Shown here in pieces: positions 33,771 through 48,312 of a stretch of DNA of 64,000 nt; the stretch's first letter is position 1; each line of letters begins with the position of its first letter. A program made the position numbers and the translations under genes. The stretch is from assembly GCA_964016885.1 (NCBI GenBank), contig OZ024754.1, positions 39,680,001-39,744,000 on the forward strand. Reading direction: 5' to 3'. Source of the DNA: Eledone cirrhosa (Eukaryota). The notes beneath the pieces were generated by a model. It saw only the letters and a list, made by a program, of their open reading frames with translations. It searched no databases and was not told the origin of the DNA.

Positions 33771-36179
33771 ATGTGTTTGCTGCACCACATTTCTTTTTAA
33801 TATTGATTTTTAAAAAATGTTTATTATTATTATTAAAAAAGAAAGTATAGAAATTTGTTTTAAATTTCTTGTCTTTCTCAGTGTCATAAACATGATGAGT
33901 TATAGAAAATGTCAAATTATTGATTTCTTGCTACTGAAAGAGAGATTAAGGCCAAATTTTATAGTAGAGCTTGTGTTCGTCAACTGAATCAATACTAATA
34001 TATTACTGGTACTTATTTCGGCAAAGTCAAGGACATATAAATCAGTGTAGAGAAATGAAACGTAATTTTTCATTTATTGTATTAAAATGTGTTCAGTGCA
34101 CTCTGTAAAGTGACAGTGCTGGGGCCACGATACTGGTTGTTGGCTTAACTGCTTCTATACTGGCTCTCAGCACAGGAGTTCCCATGGGGAACCTGTCTCA
34201 AATCCTTCTTTTATTGCCTGGAGGACTATAATAAACAGGAAGGGACTGAGGCTCTCTGCATTCTGGGTTCAAATCCTGCTGAGATCAACTTGACCTATCA
34301 TGCTTTGGGGATTAATAAATAAAGTACCAGTCGAAGGGTCATGAATTCGCGAGTTGAACAGAATGCTTTTTCTGTATCTGATGTTGCTGTGTGTTTTGGG
34401 TTCAAATTCTGCTTCCTTCTGCCAGGAATTGCAATTTGGACAAATAATTATCCAATTTGACAATCATTTTTTAAATTGACCTCAAAGAAACATAAAATGA
34501 ACCCTGGCTTAATTTTGAACTTAGATATACAATATTATATTTAATTGAGAATAACAAGGTCTGGTTTTGAAGAAAAAAAGTGAAGTAGAATGAAGAGATT
34601 GCCTAATGCAATATATAAACTTATTTATTGTATATATAAAACCAGGTGCAAGAGAGGAGAATGGAGAAAGTGTTACCCCAGAGGATATCAAGTAAGACAG
34701 GTTGAAATAGGTTGGACTAACTTGCAGAGCTCACTTCTGCAGCAGACCAACTCTGCCCCAATAGCAGTAAAGAAGTATTATGGGGACCGAGAACACCAGA
34801 AGTTTTCACTGCTACCCTTCTTACTTATACACACAATTTAAAAAACAAATAGTGGAAACAAGGCCTTAGTTGTTTTCAGTGGGGCCGATTTAATGAGATG
34901 GTACATCCTAAATACTTAAATATGTGCAATTAGCTTGACAGAAAGCTCGATCAGAATTTTTGGGAAAAATTCTATCATAATCCGCAAACTGGCAACAACA
35001 CCTGGCAATAAGCTGGGAGTATCGATGGGAAGGTGTTACTGCTGCACTAGGGCTTGATGAACACAACCACAAGGATATGGTCCGAACGTGGAAGAGCCGA
35101 ACTCCCACTGCCATCGCCTCCATCTCTCCGTATAGTGAGCAAATGGGGTCCCACATGCTGGTCTCCCCACAGCCCCTGCGGGCAGAATGGAGAAGGTGTT
35201 TTCGTGCATTTCTATAATTTTTTATGGATTTCTTAGTTTCATATGAATTTGACATTTTCCAAGACAAGCTATGCTTGATTTCTGTTTCTTTATCTCAGGG
35301 AAAAGTTTAACTTGATTAACAGTATAGAAATAGAAAGTTGTATTTAATAATAACCACAGTCATAAAAATTTTCAGTTGAATTCTATCTTTTTCTGCAAAT
35401 TAATGCCTACATTGTTTCTATAGGCCTTTGTACCTCTCTTCATCTTATCATTTCTCATACTAACGACTATCTCCCCGTTCTCTGTCAGAAATAGTAGTTT
35501 AGCAGTTAATTGAAGTTGTATTTTTATATGACTAAAAACTAGAAAAAGGATTTGAGAGATGGGATACAACATAGATTAAATATTGTAAATATATAGTATA
35601 CAACATAAATTTAATATTGTAATATATAGCATTATACTTACATAGATTAAATATTGTAAATATTTAGTATTGTACATATTTAGATTTAATATTTTAAATA
35701 TTCTTAATCCTCAGTTCAAATTGTGCCTCTTTGCTCTCTCTCTCCACTTTTATTGGTTTCAGTCAACAGATTGTGACCATACTGTCATTTGTATCAACCC
35801 CAGTAATTATTTTTCCAAGTCTGGAACTTATTTTATTGAACATCTAACTTATAGGACATAAACAGAATGTTAAATGTAAACACACATACACATATGACAG
35901 GCTCCACACAGTTTCTGCCTACCAAATTTCATTCACAAAGCATTGGTTACTCCAAGGTTATAGTAGAAGATATTCGACCAAGGTGCCATGCAGTGGGACT
36001 GAACCCAAAACCACGTGGTTGCATTGCAAAGCAAACTCCCTCACCATATAGCCATGCCTGCACCCCCCTCTCTCTCTCTCTGTATATTATTAAGTGGTGA
36101 CTTTTGCAGGACTAATTCTGTTACATTCAGTAAATAAAACAGAACTAGTCTTGTAAAAGTTTCCTCTCAATTAAATAAA

Positions 36180-36412
36180 GTACCCAGTCTACCCTAATCT
36201 ATTGAGTACTTTACTTTAATTGGAGTTCCCTATGAAATAATGTACCCTTTATACTCTGATCTAGTGAGTACCCTACTTTAATTGGGATTCCTTATAAAAT
36301 AATGTACCCTCTCTACTCTGATCTATTAAGTACTTTAATTGTGGATCCCTATGAAATAATGCACTCGCTTTACTGTGATGTAGTGAGTACCTTACTTTAA
36401 TTGTGGTTCCTT
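36180..36412. repeat. ~60-bp degenerate tandem repeat
   Basis: Recurrent tactctgatcta(t/g)tgagtac...tactttaattg...atgaaataatgtaccc. Confidence 0.75.
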
Positions 36413-37185
36413 TCAGTGGGGTAGAATGGTAGAAGCATTAGAACACTGAAGAAAATGCCACGTATGCTGTTTAATTGTTTTGGGGTTGATGATAAAAATA
36501 CCTGATGTGTATTTGTTGTTGATTTAATTGACTATACATTCCCCATTCAGAGAGATGGTATGTTGCTAATTTCAGAAATCAATTTTATACATAACAGTAA
36601 TAATTTTGTTTACAAGTAATATGTTTTTTGTTACTAAAAATGTATGACTTTGTGCAAAGGGTTCCCAACTTGGGGTAAATTTCCTCTACTTAGGGATTAA
36701 ATTTGCTAATTCAGAATCTGTACATATTTTTATCAAATTTTAAAACAATCTGAAGTTAGAGTAAAAATGTTGAAGTGGCCTATTTTGTTTATCAACATAC
36801 AAATATGGATAGCATTAGTTGTTCATGAATATGTGGAATAATGTTTTGTATATTTATTAATTGGATCTGAAAGAGGAAAGAGGAGTGTCAAATAAATGCA
36901 TAGCAGTATTTAGTTCTAGCTTTTTATATTCTCAGTTCAACTTAGCTTTCATCCTACCAGAGTCGATAAAATAAAACACCAATCAAGTACTGGGTTCAAT
37001 TTAATTGACTTTCTCCCCTTCCCCTCAAATTGCTTGTCTTATGCTGAAATCCGAAACAATTATTTGAACCAAAAATAACTTAAACAGTATCTTCATTAGT
37101 TGTATTATGGTCGTAATTTTGTTGAAATTACTGAATAAAACAGAAAAGTTACTGTTGGATAAATGGAGCAAATAAAGTGAGCAAT

Positions 37186-37530
37186 GGAGGCACATGGCTT
37201 AGTGGTTAGAGCATTGGCCTTGCAATCGAAAGGTTGTGAGTTCAATTTTCAGACCGGGTGATGTGTTGTTTCCTTGAGCAAGACACTTTATTTCACATTG
37301 CTCCAGTTTACTCAGCTGTAGAAATGAAATGATAGGGACTGGGGTCCCTATCATTCCACTGTAAAGTGGTCGTGGAAGTGCCACGGCAAAAAAGCACCCA
37401 GCACTCACTGTAAATGAGGTTGGTGTTAGGAAGGGTATCCAGCTGTAGAAATCAAGCTAGAATCAGTTCCCGTCCCACCCTTGCAAGCAGGGAAAAAGCG
37501 GACGTAAAATGAAATGATGATGATGAATGA
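37186..37530 (+). mobile_element. Full-length SINE family 1
   Basis: Highly similar to 6655-7007 and 23045-23386. Confidence 0.85.
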
Positions 37531-40500
37531 TGAATCCCTGATCTAGTTTAATATACAATTAATTATCTCAATTGATTACTTTATTAACCCTGTTTCTAAT
37601 TATCTTATGCACTAATCAATCAGTTTTACAATGCTGGAATTGTAATATGAGAGAAGAAAACAACCAACTTTATGAAGATTAACTCGTTAATTAGCAATCT
37701 GCCTGAAACTCCCTCTATTAAAGCTGTTCAAATCTATGAGGGTCGACTGAAAAGTCCATTGTGAAGCAGTGATGCTAAAGCTGTGAAATCTTGCATGCAT
37801 TAATTTCAACTCTTCTTATAAATAACTGCATTGTTTCTTTCCAGGGACTATGTTGAAAAATAAACCTCATTTGGTCATTCCATGAGAGTATCTTAGTCAG
37901 CTTATGAATGTTTTAGTTGAACTCTGCGAATGCAAATCTAGCCCTGAAATTTCATTACATGACAGATAATGTTAGATTTCAGTAATAAATATTTGTTATC
38001 ATTAAGTTTAAAATTAGTTATTTCAATCAACATCTCATAATTAATTATTACTGCAGTAATTAAAACACAAAGGTAGTATATTCTTGTTAGAAATATGATA
38101 GCAAAAAGGTGAAATTCAATCCGGAAAAAATATATATATGTATGTATAGAAAAATAAAATGTGGTAGTCTAAAGATAATTAGAAAATATACCAACTGATA
38201 TGCAGTTTAAATAAAAGGTAATAATATATTAGTGGATAATATTGTAATAATATCTAATTTTAGAAATACAGCCATGCACCTATCTTCAATGACAATATCA
38301 TTGTCAACTCTACTACAATATTAGCAACGTCAACATAGCAACCACATTAATGTTCCTATGGTGTCCCTAGCTACATTAAAGGTCTTGTGTGTAATAAATC
38401 TTCTATTTTAACAGTTTCCTTTTATAAAAACAAAACAAAAATCATTCTTTTTTTATACAAACCTTGATTGAAATAAGAATATTATATTATATTATATTGG
38501 ACATTGTAAGTTAAATTTCTATCAGAAGCATAACATTGATATACACTTTTTTCAACCATTTTGACTGTGGCTATGCTTGATCATCACCTTGATTTAGTTA
38601 ATCATATTGACCCCAATATTTATTTTGTCAATCTTTTTGCTGAGATGAATACTGAACAACTATATTGTCTTTTCATTACTCATATTTAGAGAAGGTAGTG
38701 GCTGGCTAATGTCCATACCCCTGTGCATCTGAAACTGCTTCTGGTCCTAGCATATTAAGCTGTTAATTTTAACATGTTTATATTCATCTAAAAACCTTTC
38801 ATTAAAATGTCATGTAAGAACCTTTGTTAAGTATGCTTCAAACACCAGCTTAATAATAATTACTAAATCCCCCCCAAATTCTTGTTTTTTTTAGAATCAT
38901 TTGAGACTGATAGGATTTCCCTCAAATACTACCTTATTCATTATAGTCATGATAAAAGAAGATTTAAAGAATCAGGCTTATCTAACTGTTATACATAAAA
39001 TAAAAATAAAATCTGTTATCTTTCCTCTATGATTATGAAAACTGATACTTTTGGTTTATCAAATTCTCAACACGTAATATTTTTTACCTTTTCTGTTTAA
39101 CATCATCTTCCCGTGACTGGTGTAACCAGTCCTTGGGGTGCCAGTCTTAATGTTCTAGCAGCTAGCTGTAATTACTACTTTATCTTCTGTCACAAGTGGA
39201 ACGACAGCCATAGTATTAAGAACTGTCCAGTCTCTGATGTTGAAGGGATAGGATTTTCTTTGCCCTCCTTCAGCTGTGCTCTGGAGAATGTTTTTGGACA
39301 GGATTTGTAGCAGGATACATATCTGTACCAGGCAACCTTTTCTTTTATCTTTTCACTACTGCAACAAATGGTACCAGCTTCTTAACATATTTTGTGGATT
39401 TTTTTACCACACGTCAATTGTACCCTGGAGAATGTTTTAATTATGGAAGTCTACTAAAAAAACAAAACTAAAAAACTAACTACTTAAAAGAACCTTCCGT
39501 TAAACGTCTATTGTAATACAATATTTTTGCCATTATCAGACCTCATCTTATTCATTATTAAAGTAGCAATTTGCATCTTGAAGATATTATTCATAGAAAT
39601 GTAGACTCAACCTACATTTGATATGGAAAGTCTATTGCTGTATTAATGAGAGATGATTTGGCTTGTATTCATGTGTGTGTAGTTTACTTTGAGATAAGAA
39701 TCCATTAGATAGATAGTTGTACCTCAATGCTATTTCAAATAATCAATCAGAAAGGTGGAAACATTTATTAACGTTTGTGAGTCATAATGTTATAAAGTAG
39801 TGTTACTTGCTGATTCAAATTAGCTTTGGCACTTATTATTCTGATACTACTGTCATAATATTTGGTTGGTTTTTTATTATTTTACTTGGAAATCAAAGAC
39901 TAGTTATTATTGACTTGCATGATTTATGCATGTTGACTTTTGTAACATAAAATGTTAAAATGTAGGGAGGCATTGGGTGAATATCTTCAAACCCATTAAA
40001 CTATTTTTTTTCTGGACAAACAAGGGTGTCTAAATATAGTCAGACCTACTACAAATAGCAGCCAAATTCTCTGATATACCACCTTAGATTTTTAAAAGAG
40101 GAAGGCCATATAAAAAAACTGTATGTATGTATGTATGTATGGAGCTGTAACATCTGTTGGAGTCGTGAGGGTGCCTTAATGACATATTATGGATATTTTA
40201 ACATAATGGATATGACACTCTCATCACAAATAATGGGTGGGGTGGTGATCGGTACTTTTTCTAGGTTATTTGTTGATTTTTAAAAAACCAGAATTAATCA
40301 TTTAGTTTACATATTGTGATCCCAACCCATCATATTTATTTTATAACATATGGGATTTCTAGTACTATACTTTTTTTTGTCATGTAAAATGTTTTTTAAT
40401 GTATAAAGAAAATTAAAATAAAATTTCGCTGGAGATAGATTAGCAAAATTTAATATTCAGGGGGATTGGAATAACTGGGGAGGGGGTGGAAAATATCTGG

Positions 40501-41599
40501 AAGGATATTTAATAAGTGGCAGTGGGGGCACAATTATATGAGACCCGAGAGTAATGGATATTTTAAAAACCTGACAGAGCCCAACCTTTGTCTGAGCCTG
40601 AACAGAGTTGAATTCTTCCAGAGTTAAATAATTTTTATCAGATAAATTTCATAGCCCAGGAAGAAAAATGTATAATCTGTGTTTTGTGGAATTTTTAACT
40701 TTTCTATTAATCATTGTCACAACTAAGCTTTTTGTATTTCTATACATTAAAATCACAGATCACAGATTGAGTATAAGCATCATCGTTATTGACATCTTAA
40801 CCTTCTTGATACTAACATGCTTGAAATTGCCCTTCTTCTCTGATACAGAATTGTTTATTTTAAAGTGTTTATATTTATTAAAAACCTTCCATTATAATTT
40901 TATGTAAGAACCTTTAAAATTTTGCTCCGAACAGCAAACTGGTAACAAGAAAGTTATTTTACTAAATCCTTTCACAATCTTGATTTTTCAAAAAAAATTC
41001 TTAAAAATTATAGTGAGTCACTTTCTGTAAAAATATGATACTGAAAGGGTTAATATATCAAATAAATAAAAGTTTTGGATGACGTAGGTTACCTGCATTC
41101 AAGTAAATTTGTATATTTTGTATTCACATACATATATTGACAACTTGTAGACATAAGTTTAATTAAATCCTAATGCAATAACTTACTGTATGTGTCTGAT
41201 TTAATATAGGTATGCTGTGTCCTTGTGTGTTGTAAGAGTTGTCTAAGTGGATTGACACTAAGAAGAACATCTTGCTGTAAAGCATTGCTTCAAAAAGGAC
41301 CCCTAGATGAGCATGAAGCTTTTCATAGGGGCTGCAAGGGCCAGCCTTGCTTTAGCAGGGAAAAATGATGTTAAAACTCTTGCTGCTGAAGTTGCTGCAG
41401 CTAATAGAATATATTTTCTAACATGGTACAATGAAAGTAAATGTAATGTTATTGCATGGCTTTAACTATTGATCAGATTGTTCTGAGGTAATCAATAAAA
41501 AGAGAAAAGGATGGTCAAGTTTTTATGGTGAATGTATCTGTCGGAGATAGGATGAAACCTAGAAATAAAGTTCAAAATGGAAACATTGATTAATTTGTT

Positions 41600-41915
41600 C
41601 TGCATTTAAAAATAAATGACATGCAAATTGTTTAGGAAAACTGACACTTTGTCCTGTTTCACCTTGAGTTTCTTTCCTTTCTCTGTTACCATTGATGTTT
41701 TTTCTGAAGAGCCATATCTAGGGTTGCTAGATGGTAAATTAGGACCGTAATCACTGAATATAGAACCTGCTTCCCTTTCCATACCCTTCTTGTCTTTGGC
41801 ATTTCTAGCAAGGTACCCTTCTCCTTTCTCCAATCTCTCACAACTTTCTCTGCTGTTACAGAAAACTCCCTCCCAGCAGCTCTGTTATCATTAACTTTTG
41901 AAAGCAGCAGCATAC
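41600..41915 (-). mobile_element. pogo-like transposase N-terminal HTH remnant
   Basis: NDNRAAGREFSVTAEKVVRDWRKEKGTLLEMPKTRR resembles the Brinker-type DBD of pogo transposases (NRAA.R.F.V..K.VRDWRK). The ORF is degenerate. Confidence 0.6.
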
Positions 41916-42032
41916 AACAAATATTATATATTTACACCAGTGGTATCCATTATGAGAATGTCACGGGGTAGCATTTTACCCTTTTCTATGTTTTTCTAAC
42001 ATATTTACACCCAAGCAAATATGCCCTAATAT

Positions 42033-42230
42033 AAGGGTTGGCTGAAAAGTTCATATGCTGACCAAGATACTCTCATGGAATGACCAAATGAGATATATTT
42101 TTCAACATAGTCCCTGGAAAGAAACAATGCAGTTATTAATAAGAAGAGTTGAATTAACACTTGCAAGATTCCTCAGTTCTAGCATCAATCCTTCATAGCC
42201 AGCCTATAAACTTTTCAGCTGACCCTTGTA
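42033..42230. mobile_element. mariner-type MITE
   Basis: TIRs taagggttggctgaaaagtt / aacttttcagctgacccttg flanked by TA. A copy in the opposite orientation lies at ~37737-37926. Confidence 0.7.
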
Positions 42231-42649
42231 AAACTATATTTTCTTGTCTTTTTTCCCTTCACCCTTTCAGTATTTCCTTATTTATCCACTCCTATTTCTT
42301 TCAAATTTTGTTGTCACCCTTTCTCACCACCAATTAATTATCTTTAACTAATTACCATCCACTCTCCACCTTCATTGTACCACACAGTCACTGACCTTTA
42401 ACACATTTACAACCAGTCGATAAGCTCAAAAGATCAGACTTAGAACTTTTTCCTGGTTTAGTTTTCATACAATGAAAACTACATTAATTTATTCAAGACA
42501 GCTGTATCCATGTGCAGTATGTTCTCATGTTGACCAGCATTTATTATAATGACTGATAATGATGAAATTTCTTGCACAACATTTTATAGCTTTGTGCATA
42601 AATCACACAGCCCTGATTTCTTCTTTTTTTTTCTTTTTTTTTTTTAAAT

Positions 42650-43085
42650 CAAAGTTGTCCACAAAAAGTGATTTATACTTTTTTTGTTTTTATCGAAGTT
42701 GGCCACAAAAAAGGGATTTATACTTTTTTTGTTTTTATCGAAGTTGGCCACAAAAAAGGGATTTATACTTTTTTTGTTTTTATTGAAGTTGGCCACAAAA
42801 AAGGGATTTATACTTTTTTTGTTTTTATCGAAGTTGGCCACAAAAAAGGGATTTATACTTTTTTTGTTTTTATTGAAGTTGGCCACAAAAAGGGGATTTA
42901 TACTTTTTTTGTTTTTATTGAAGTTGGCCACAAAAAAGGGATTTATACTTTTTTTGTTTTTATTGAAGTTGGCCACAAAAAAGGGATTTATACTTTTTTT
43001 GTTTTTATCGAAGTTGGCCACAAAAAAGGGATTTATACTTTTTTTGTTTTTATTGAAGTTGGCCACAAAAAAGGGATTTATACTT
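42650..43085. repeat. 45-bp minisatellite (~9.7 near-identical units)
   Basis: gaagttggccacaaaaaagggatttatactttttttgtttttat(c/t); 15-aa periodicity in the ORF track. Confidence 0.96.
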
Positions 43086-43124
43086 GATTCATCCTTCCTA
43101 TTTAGTTGCTTTGGATCATTGAGT

Positions 43125-43470
43125 GATGGGAGATCTCTATCCAGTATGGTTGTGGGGCCATGACACATGCCTGCTCCCAGACCAGGCCTATATTTGGTGA
43201 CATGAGATCTCCAACCAGCATAGTTGTGGGCTATGTTACAAGTCTGTCCCCAGATCAGGCCTATATTGGGTTACGGGAGATCTCTATTCAGTATGGTTGT
43301 GGGCCATATCACAAGCCTGTTCCCAGACCAGGCCTATATTGGGTTACACAAGATCAACCAGAATGGTTGTGGGCTATATCAAAAGCCTGCTCTTAAACCA
43401 GGCCTATATTGGGTTACGGGAAATCTCCATCCAACATGGTTGGAGGCCATGTCTCAAGTCTGCTTTCAGA
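43125..43470. repeat. Degenerate ~73-bp tandem repeat (~5 units)
   Basis: Recurrent agatctc...atggttgtgggc...ccaggcctatattgggttac. Confidence 0.85.
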
Positions 43471-45917
43471 CTAAGTCCTTATCCTCAGACCTCAACCAGA
43501 TCTTGACATGTTGACCTTGCATCTTACACCCATCTCCTATCTGGTTTCCACTCAAGAGAGGCTTACACTGGTCTCTTCACAGTCATGCTAAGTCCATATT
43601 AAGCATGTTCTGCCATCTTACTGTGATGGTATTCCATAGACCACTCAACCAGAATGGCAATGCAAATTCTGGTGGTCTTTTTCCTCATTGTACAAGCATA
43701 CACCATCGTTGACACAACAATTTACATATATTCAAGTCAGTATGGTAATTCAATATGAATCGGTAATCCATTCATTTGATTACCTATATTTTTGTGTTAA
43801 CAATCAACTTGATATTATTAGCTAGCTAATGTTAATCTTGTCTAAAGTTATAATTTAATTTCATGTTAGGACTTGTAACTGTTTGTACTTGAGTGGTTTG
43901 ATCTTAGAGAATATGTTTGCCTTGACTGATATAGCTTTCAAAAGAATACTTTCAACTTATATATTTAGAGTATTGCTGTTTAATAAACAATATTCAGTGC
44001 AATTTCTATTAAATGGACTATTTTATAAAATCATATAAGCTAATTGGTGTAACTCATATTAATCTTTTCATTAACATATTTCTAATTATAGAGACTGCCT
44101 GTTATTTTAAAATAATTTTGAAAATAATCAAGAATTTGGAGCGATTTAGTAATATAACTAACTTTCTCATTAAAGTTTTTTACATAGAATTATGATGGAA
44201 GATTTTAAAGTTAAATACAAATACTTTAAAATAAACAGTTTTGTATGCTAGAACTAGGAGCAGTTTCAGGCAGTGTGGTATCAAAAGGATTTAGGAAGAG
44301 TGAACAAGTGTATCATTAGTGTAATTATAAAGTTACGGCTGTCATGACAAGCATTTAAACTCGGCAGAACCTATCTCTCCATGTCAGCTAATTTCTTCCA
44401 GAAAAAGAAAGGTATAAAGGAAGAATCAATCCCAATATTAGAGTTGTACTTTCTTTACCAATTGTATGAACAACAAAGTTGACCATGGCAGGATTTGAAC
44501 TCTGAATGCAGAGGACCAGAACAGATGCTACAAATATTGTATCTAATGTTCTAATGACTCTGCCAATTCACTGCCTTATATAAGACATGACATAAAGCAC
44601 AAAGAATCTGTATATCTCCAAACTATTTGGAAAAGCTATAAGAAAAATGTGAAATAATATTGTTTCTCATATTGAAATGAATCTTGAAATTTTGAAGATG
44701 TTTGTGCTTTTTGCAGCAGTATTGAAAATGTAATTAAAAAGATTAGAGCCAGATGTAGAAAATGGATTCTGTTCACTAAGAACCGTTCAACAACCACCGC
44801 TTCTGGAATAGAATAATAATAGAATTGTTTCTACTTTTGGCACAAGGCCAGCAATTACCCCAGTGCATTACTGGTACTTTATTTTATCGACCCTGTAAGG
44901 ATGAAAGGCAAAGTTAACCTTGACGGGATTTGAACTTAAAACGTAAAGCATATATAATAGGAAAGCATATATAATAGGAAAAAGAAAGTAAAGTAGACAG
45001 AATAAAAAGGAAAAGTATGGAGTTGATTGTCAGATCAGACTAAAGAAACAAGGTTGCCGTTGGTCTTTCCGTTAGTGATAAAATTTTCTGATCACAACTC
45101 TTAAAATACACAGAACCATATCAGATATCACAAAGCAACCCCTCCTTTCCCCACATCTAACTCTTTAATAATTCTGCCAATCCACTGCTTTTAGACTGAT
45201 ACTTTATTTATCAACCCTGAAATAATGAAAAGCAAATTTGTATTCAAGAATGCATAGATCTGGAAGAAACCCCCAACACCTCTCTAACAATTCTACCAAT
45301 TTACCACAGAATAAACAGAAATGAATGGGAAGATATATGCAAAATGTTAAGCGTAAAGCTATTCACACAACTAGTAATAGAATATTTGTGATTATATTGG
45401 TAGAGTGAGAGAGAGAAGAGAGAGAATGACTTGTGTAAAATGTAAGATAACAAAACAGATGGGGAAAGTAAATCTCACCAGGTGAAATAGGGAAATAATA
45501 AAACTGTTACCCCTCAATGACAGTAAGAAAATATGTGAAAGCTGGCTGAAGAGGAAAACCTTATAGTTTACTGATTTAACTTAGGAACTGGTTTTCATTT
45601 GAAACCATATAAATATTGGGATCTTAAAATCTGGAAAGTAACTAGTATATTTTTTTATATATACACATTTGCTCTTTGATTAGTGATGAAGTTAAACAAT
45701 ATATATCTATGCCATATGCTTAGTAAGTTGAGTAGCGAAATTAAGCAAGTGTATATTTAATTTCGTTGATCTGAAGAAGCCCTTCGCCAAGGTCTCGTAT
45801 GCTCTATTTTATTAACAGTACAAATAAGGCTTGGGGTTAAAAATGATGGTGAATCAAAAATATCAGTGCATATATGCATGAGCTGACAACCATACCTGGT
45901 TGGGTGAATCATGCAAA

Positions 45918-46000
45918 CTGGGTGAAGAGATGCTGGGGTTTGATGCTGGGTGAAGAGATGCTGGGGTTTGATGCTGGGTGAAGAGATGCTGGGGTTTGAT
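45918..46000. repeat. 28-bp tandem repeat x3
   Basis: ctgggtgaagagatgctggggtttgatg. Confidence 0.9.
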
Positions 46001-48052
46001 AGTAGGAAATAATTATATTAGATGAAAAAAAAAAATGAAATGAAATTTGCAGCTCACACCTATGCAGGTTTAGCTGGCTTCCTACAAAGTTGTATCTGTA
46101 GGAGGTTCTCAGATGTTTTAATTATAACAGCTTGTCTTATGAAAAACAATGTGAAATAAAGTGTCTTGCTCAAAAACACAAAGTGTCACCTAGTAGAGGG
46201 ATTGAACCTATAAACTTATGATTGTGAGTTCAGCACCACTCAATAATAGCAAATGTTTTAAGGCTAGTTTGCCTGCTAAAGTAGGGGTTAGCCTCGTGGG
46301 CCACATGACACACCATGGCGTCCTTTTTAAAGCAATGTTTACAGCAAGATGTGTAGATATTCCAAACCAGATACACACAGTTATGTGGGTTTATCAGACA
46401 AAAGGCTGACAGTACACAGTACCTCCAATGGAGGTAGAATGTTGTAGATTTATAGATTTATGATGTTTGGCATTAAATGTGGGAGAAATAGCAGAGTAGG
46501 AATTTACAACCTGCAGAGAATGCTTCCTTGTGAACATGGCAGAAGTATGTGAGAGAAATATCAAAACTGAAGTATTAACTATTTTGATACTAAATTTCCT
46601 CAAACTAACTCTGTTTCTATTCAACTTCCACAAACTACATGTTTTTATTTAACTGTTTATTTTAAAATATTTAAAAAAAAACCTTCTATGATAATTTTAT
46701 GTAAGAGCCTTTGTTAAGTTATGCTCTAAATACCAGCTTAATAATTAGAAAATTAGTTATATTTGTTTGTAAATCACTCCAAATTCTTGATTGTTTTCAA
46801 AATAATGAGAAAATTAGTTATATTTGTAAATCACTCCAAATTCTTGATTATTTTCAAAATGATTTGAAAATTATAGGCAATGCCTTTCATTAGATATATG
46901 GTAACAAAAGGATTTTTAAAAAAAAATCATTTTTGGGTGGTTACAGCTCTCTTTTATTTCAAGAGAGAAAACATGTGTGCTACCATGTGGATCAAAAGAT
47001 TCTGGGCATTGCTTGGTAACGTTAGTACTGCTCAACACTGCTGAAGAGAGCAGTGCTATCTAAAGGTGATGAAACCATTGTGAACTTTAGTTAACAGCTG
47101 ATGATGAAAGGAATGTACTTAAATTTCTATATATTAAATATTCAGCAGAATTATATGTTTCCCATTTTTGAGATAGAATCAAAATTTTAAGAGTTGTTTA
47201 AGTCCAGAAGTTTGAAATTGGTGATGGAAAATAGTAAAATGAGAGGTCTAGATTTTCTTCCGATAACACGGAAAATTATCTTGATCTTGATCAGTTTCTA
47301 AAAAAATTGATAAAAGTGATTTAGGAATGTGTAACATTATTTTGTAGCTAACTGGTTGTGGATATATTTAATTGTTCTTGACCTTGGCATCCTAATATAC
47401 TTAATATCACATTTAGTTTATTAGTAATAAAAAAACAAACAACAACAATAAAACCACCCAGTCTTATAATAACATCAATGGTATTTACTTAACTGCACTT
47501 ACTTTGATTGGTAAAAATACAGATTTCTATTCTTCAGCCTTATACTTCTGTATTTAAGGTTTCATTGGAGTGTGTTCTGAAATAGCATCTTGGTATTTAT
47601 ATTCTTTTGTTTTTAAAATGTTTATGGCAGGGAAGGAAATTACACTGGCAGCTGTCTATCTATATTAAATATCTGGACTGTATATAGTTGATGAATCTCC
47701 AACTATTTAGAAGATTCAGATTGTAGACATGAAATACAAAATATATTAACTATAAACTTGGCAGCTGATGTTACCAAATTTAGAAATGGAGGTTGATGAG
47801 TTTTAAGAAGAGTTAATCTATTACTACTAGTTTACATACATACACATATATTACTAATAGTAATAGATTAACTCTTCTTAAAACTCATCAAACTCCGTGA
47901 GGACTAATGGCTGAGCTCTTGCTGTTTCAATAGCCAGTTCCTGTCTGGAACTAGCTGTCGGGTTTCAACTCTTTATAATATAACCATACTCTACTAACTC
48001 AAGTATCAAATACTGTTGAGTAATGGTCTAACTAGTTTCAAACTTCTTCTAT

Positions 48053-48094
<42 letters not shown>

Positions 48095-48312
48095 ATTAAC
48101 AAATAATAGTTAAATGCAGTCCACTTAGGTGAAGTCCAGTTATGGTATTCCAGGTAGTGGATGATATTAACGCTTGGCTTGGTTTGACCCAACAAGGCGG
48201 TTTCATAGTGATGCTGCGGGTATGCTGTAATTCCTATGTTGTAAACACTTGGAGTAATAATAAATCAGGAAAGAAGGTTTACATGGTTTGCTATACAAAA
48301 AAGTTTTTAATC

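Noticed and set aside
34908-35267. GC-richer segment with 60-119 aa ORFs inside the presumed BTBD7 intron
   Set aside because: No recognisable domain or consistent splice sites; possibly a TE remnant. BLASTx would be needed.
42644-43168. 139-174 aa ORFs in three frames
   Set aside because: Produced by a stop-free 45-bp tandem unit; no domain or splice support.
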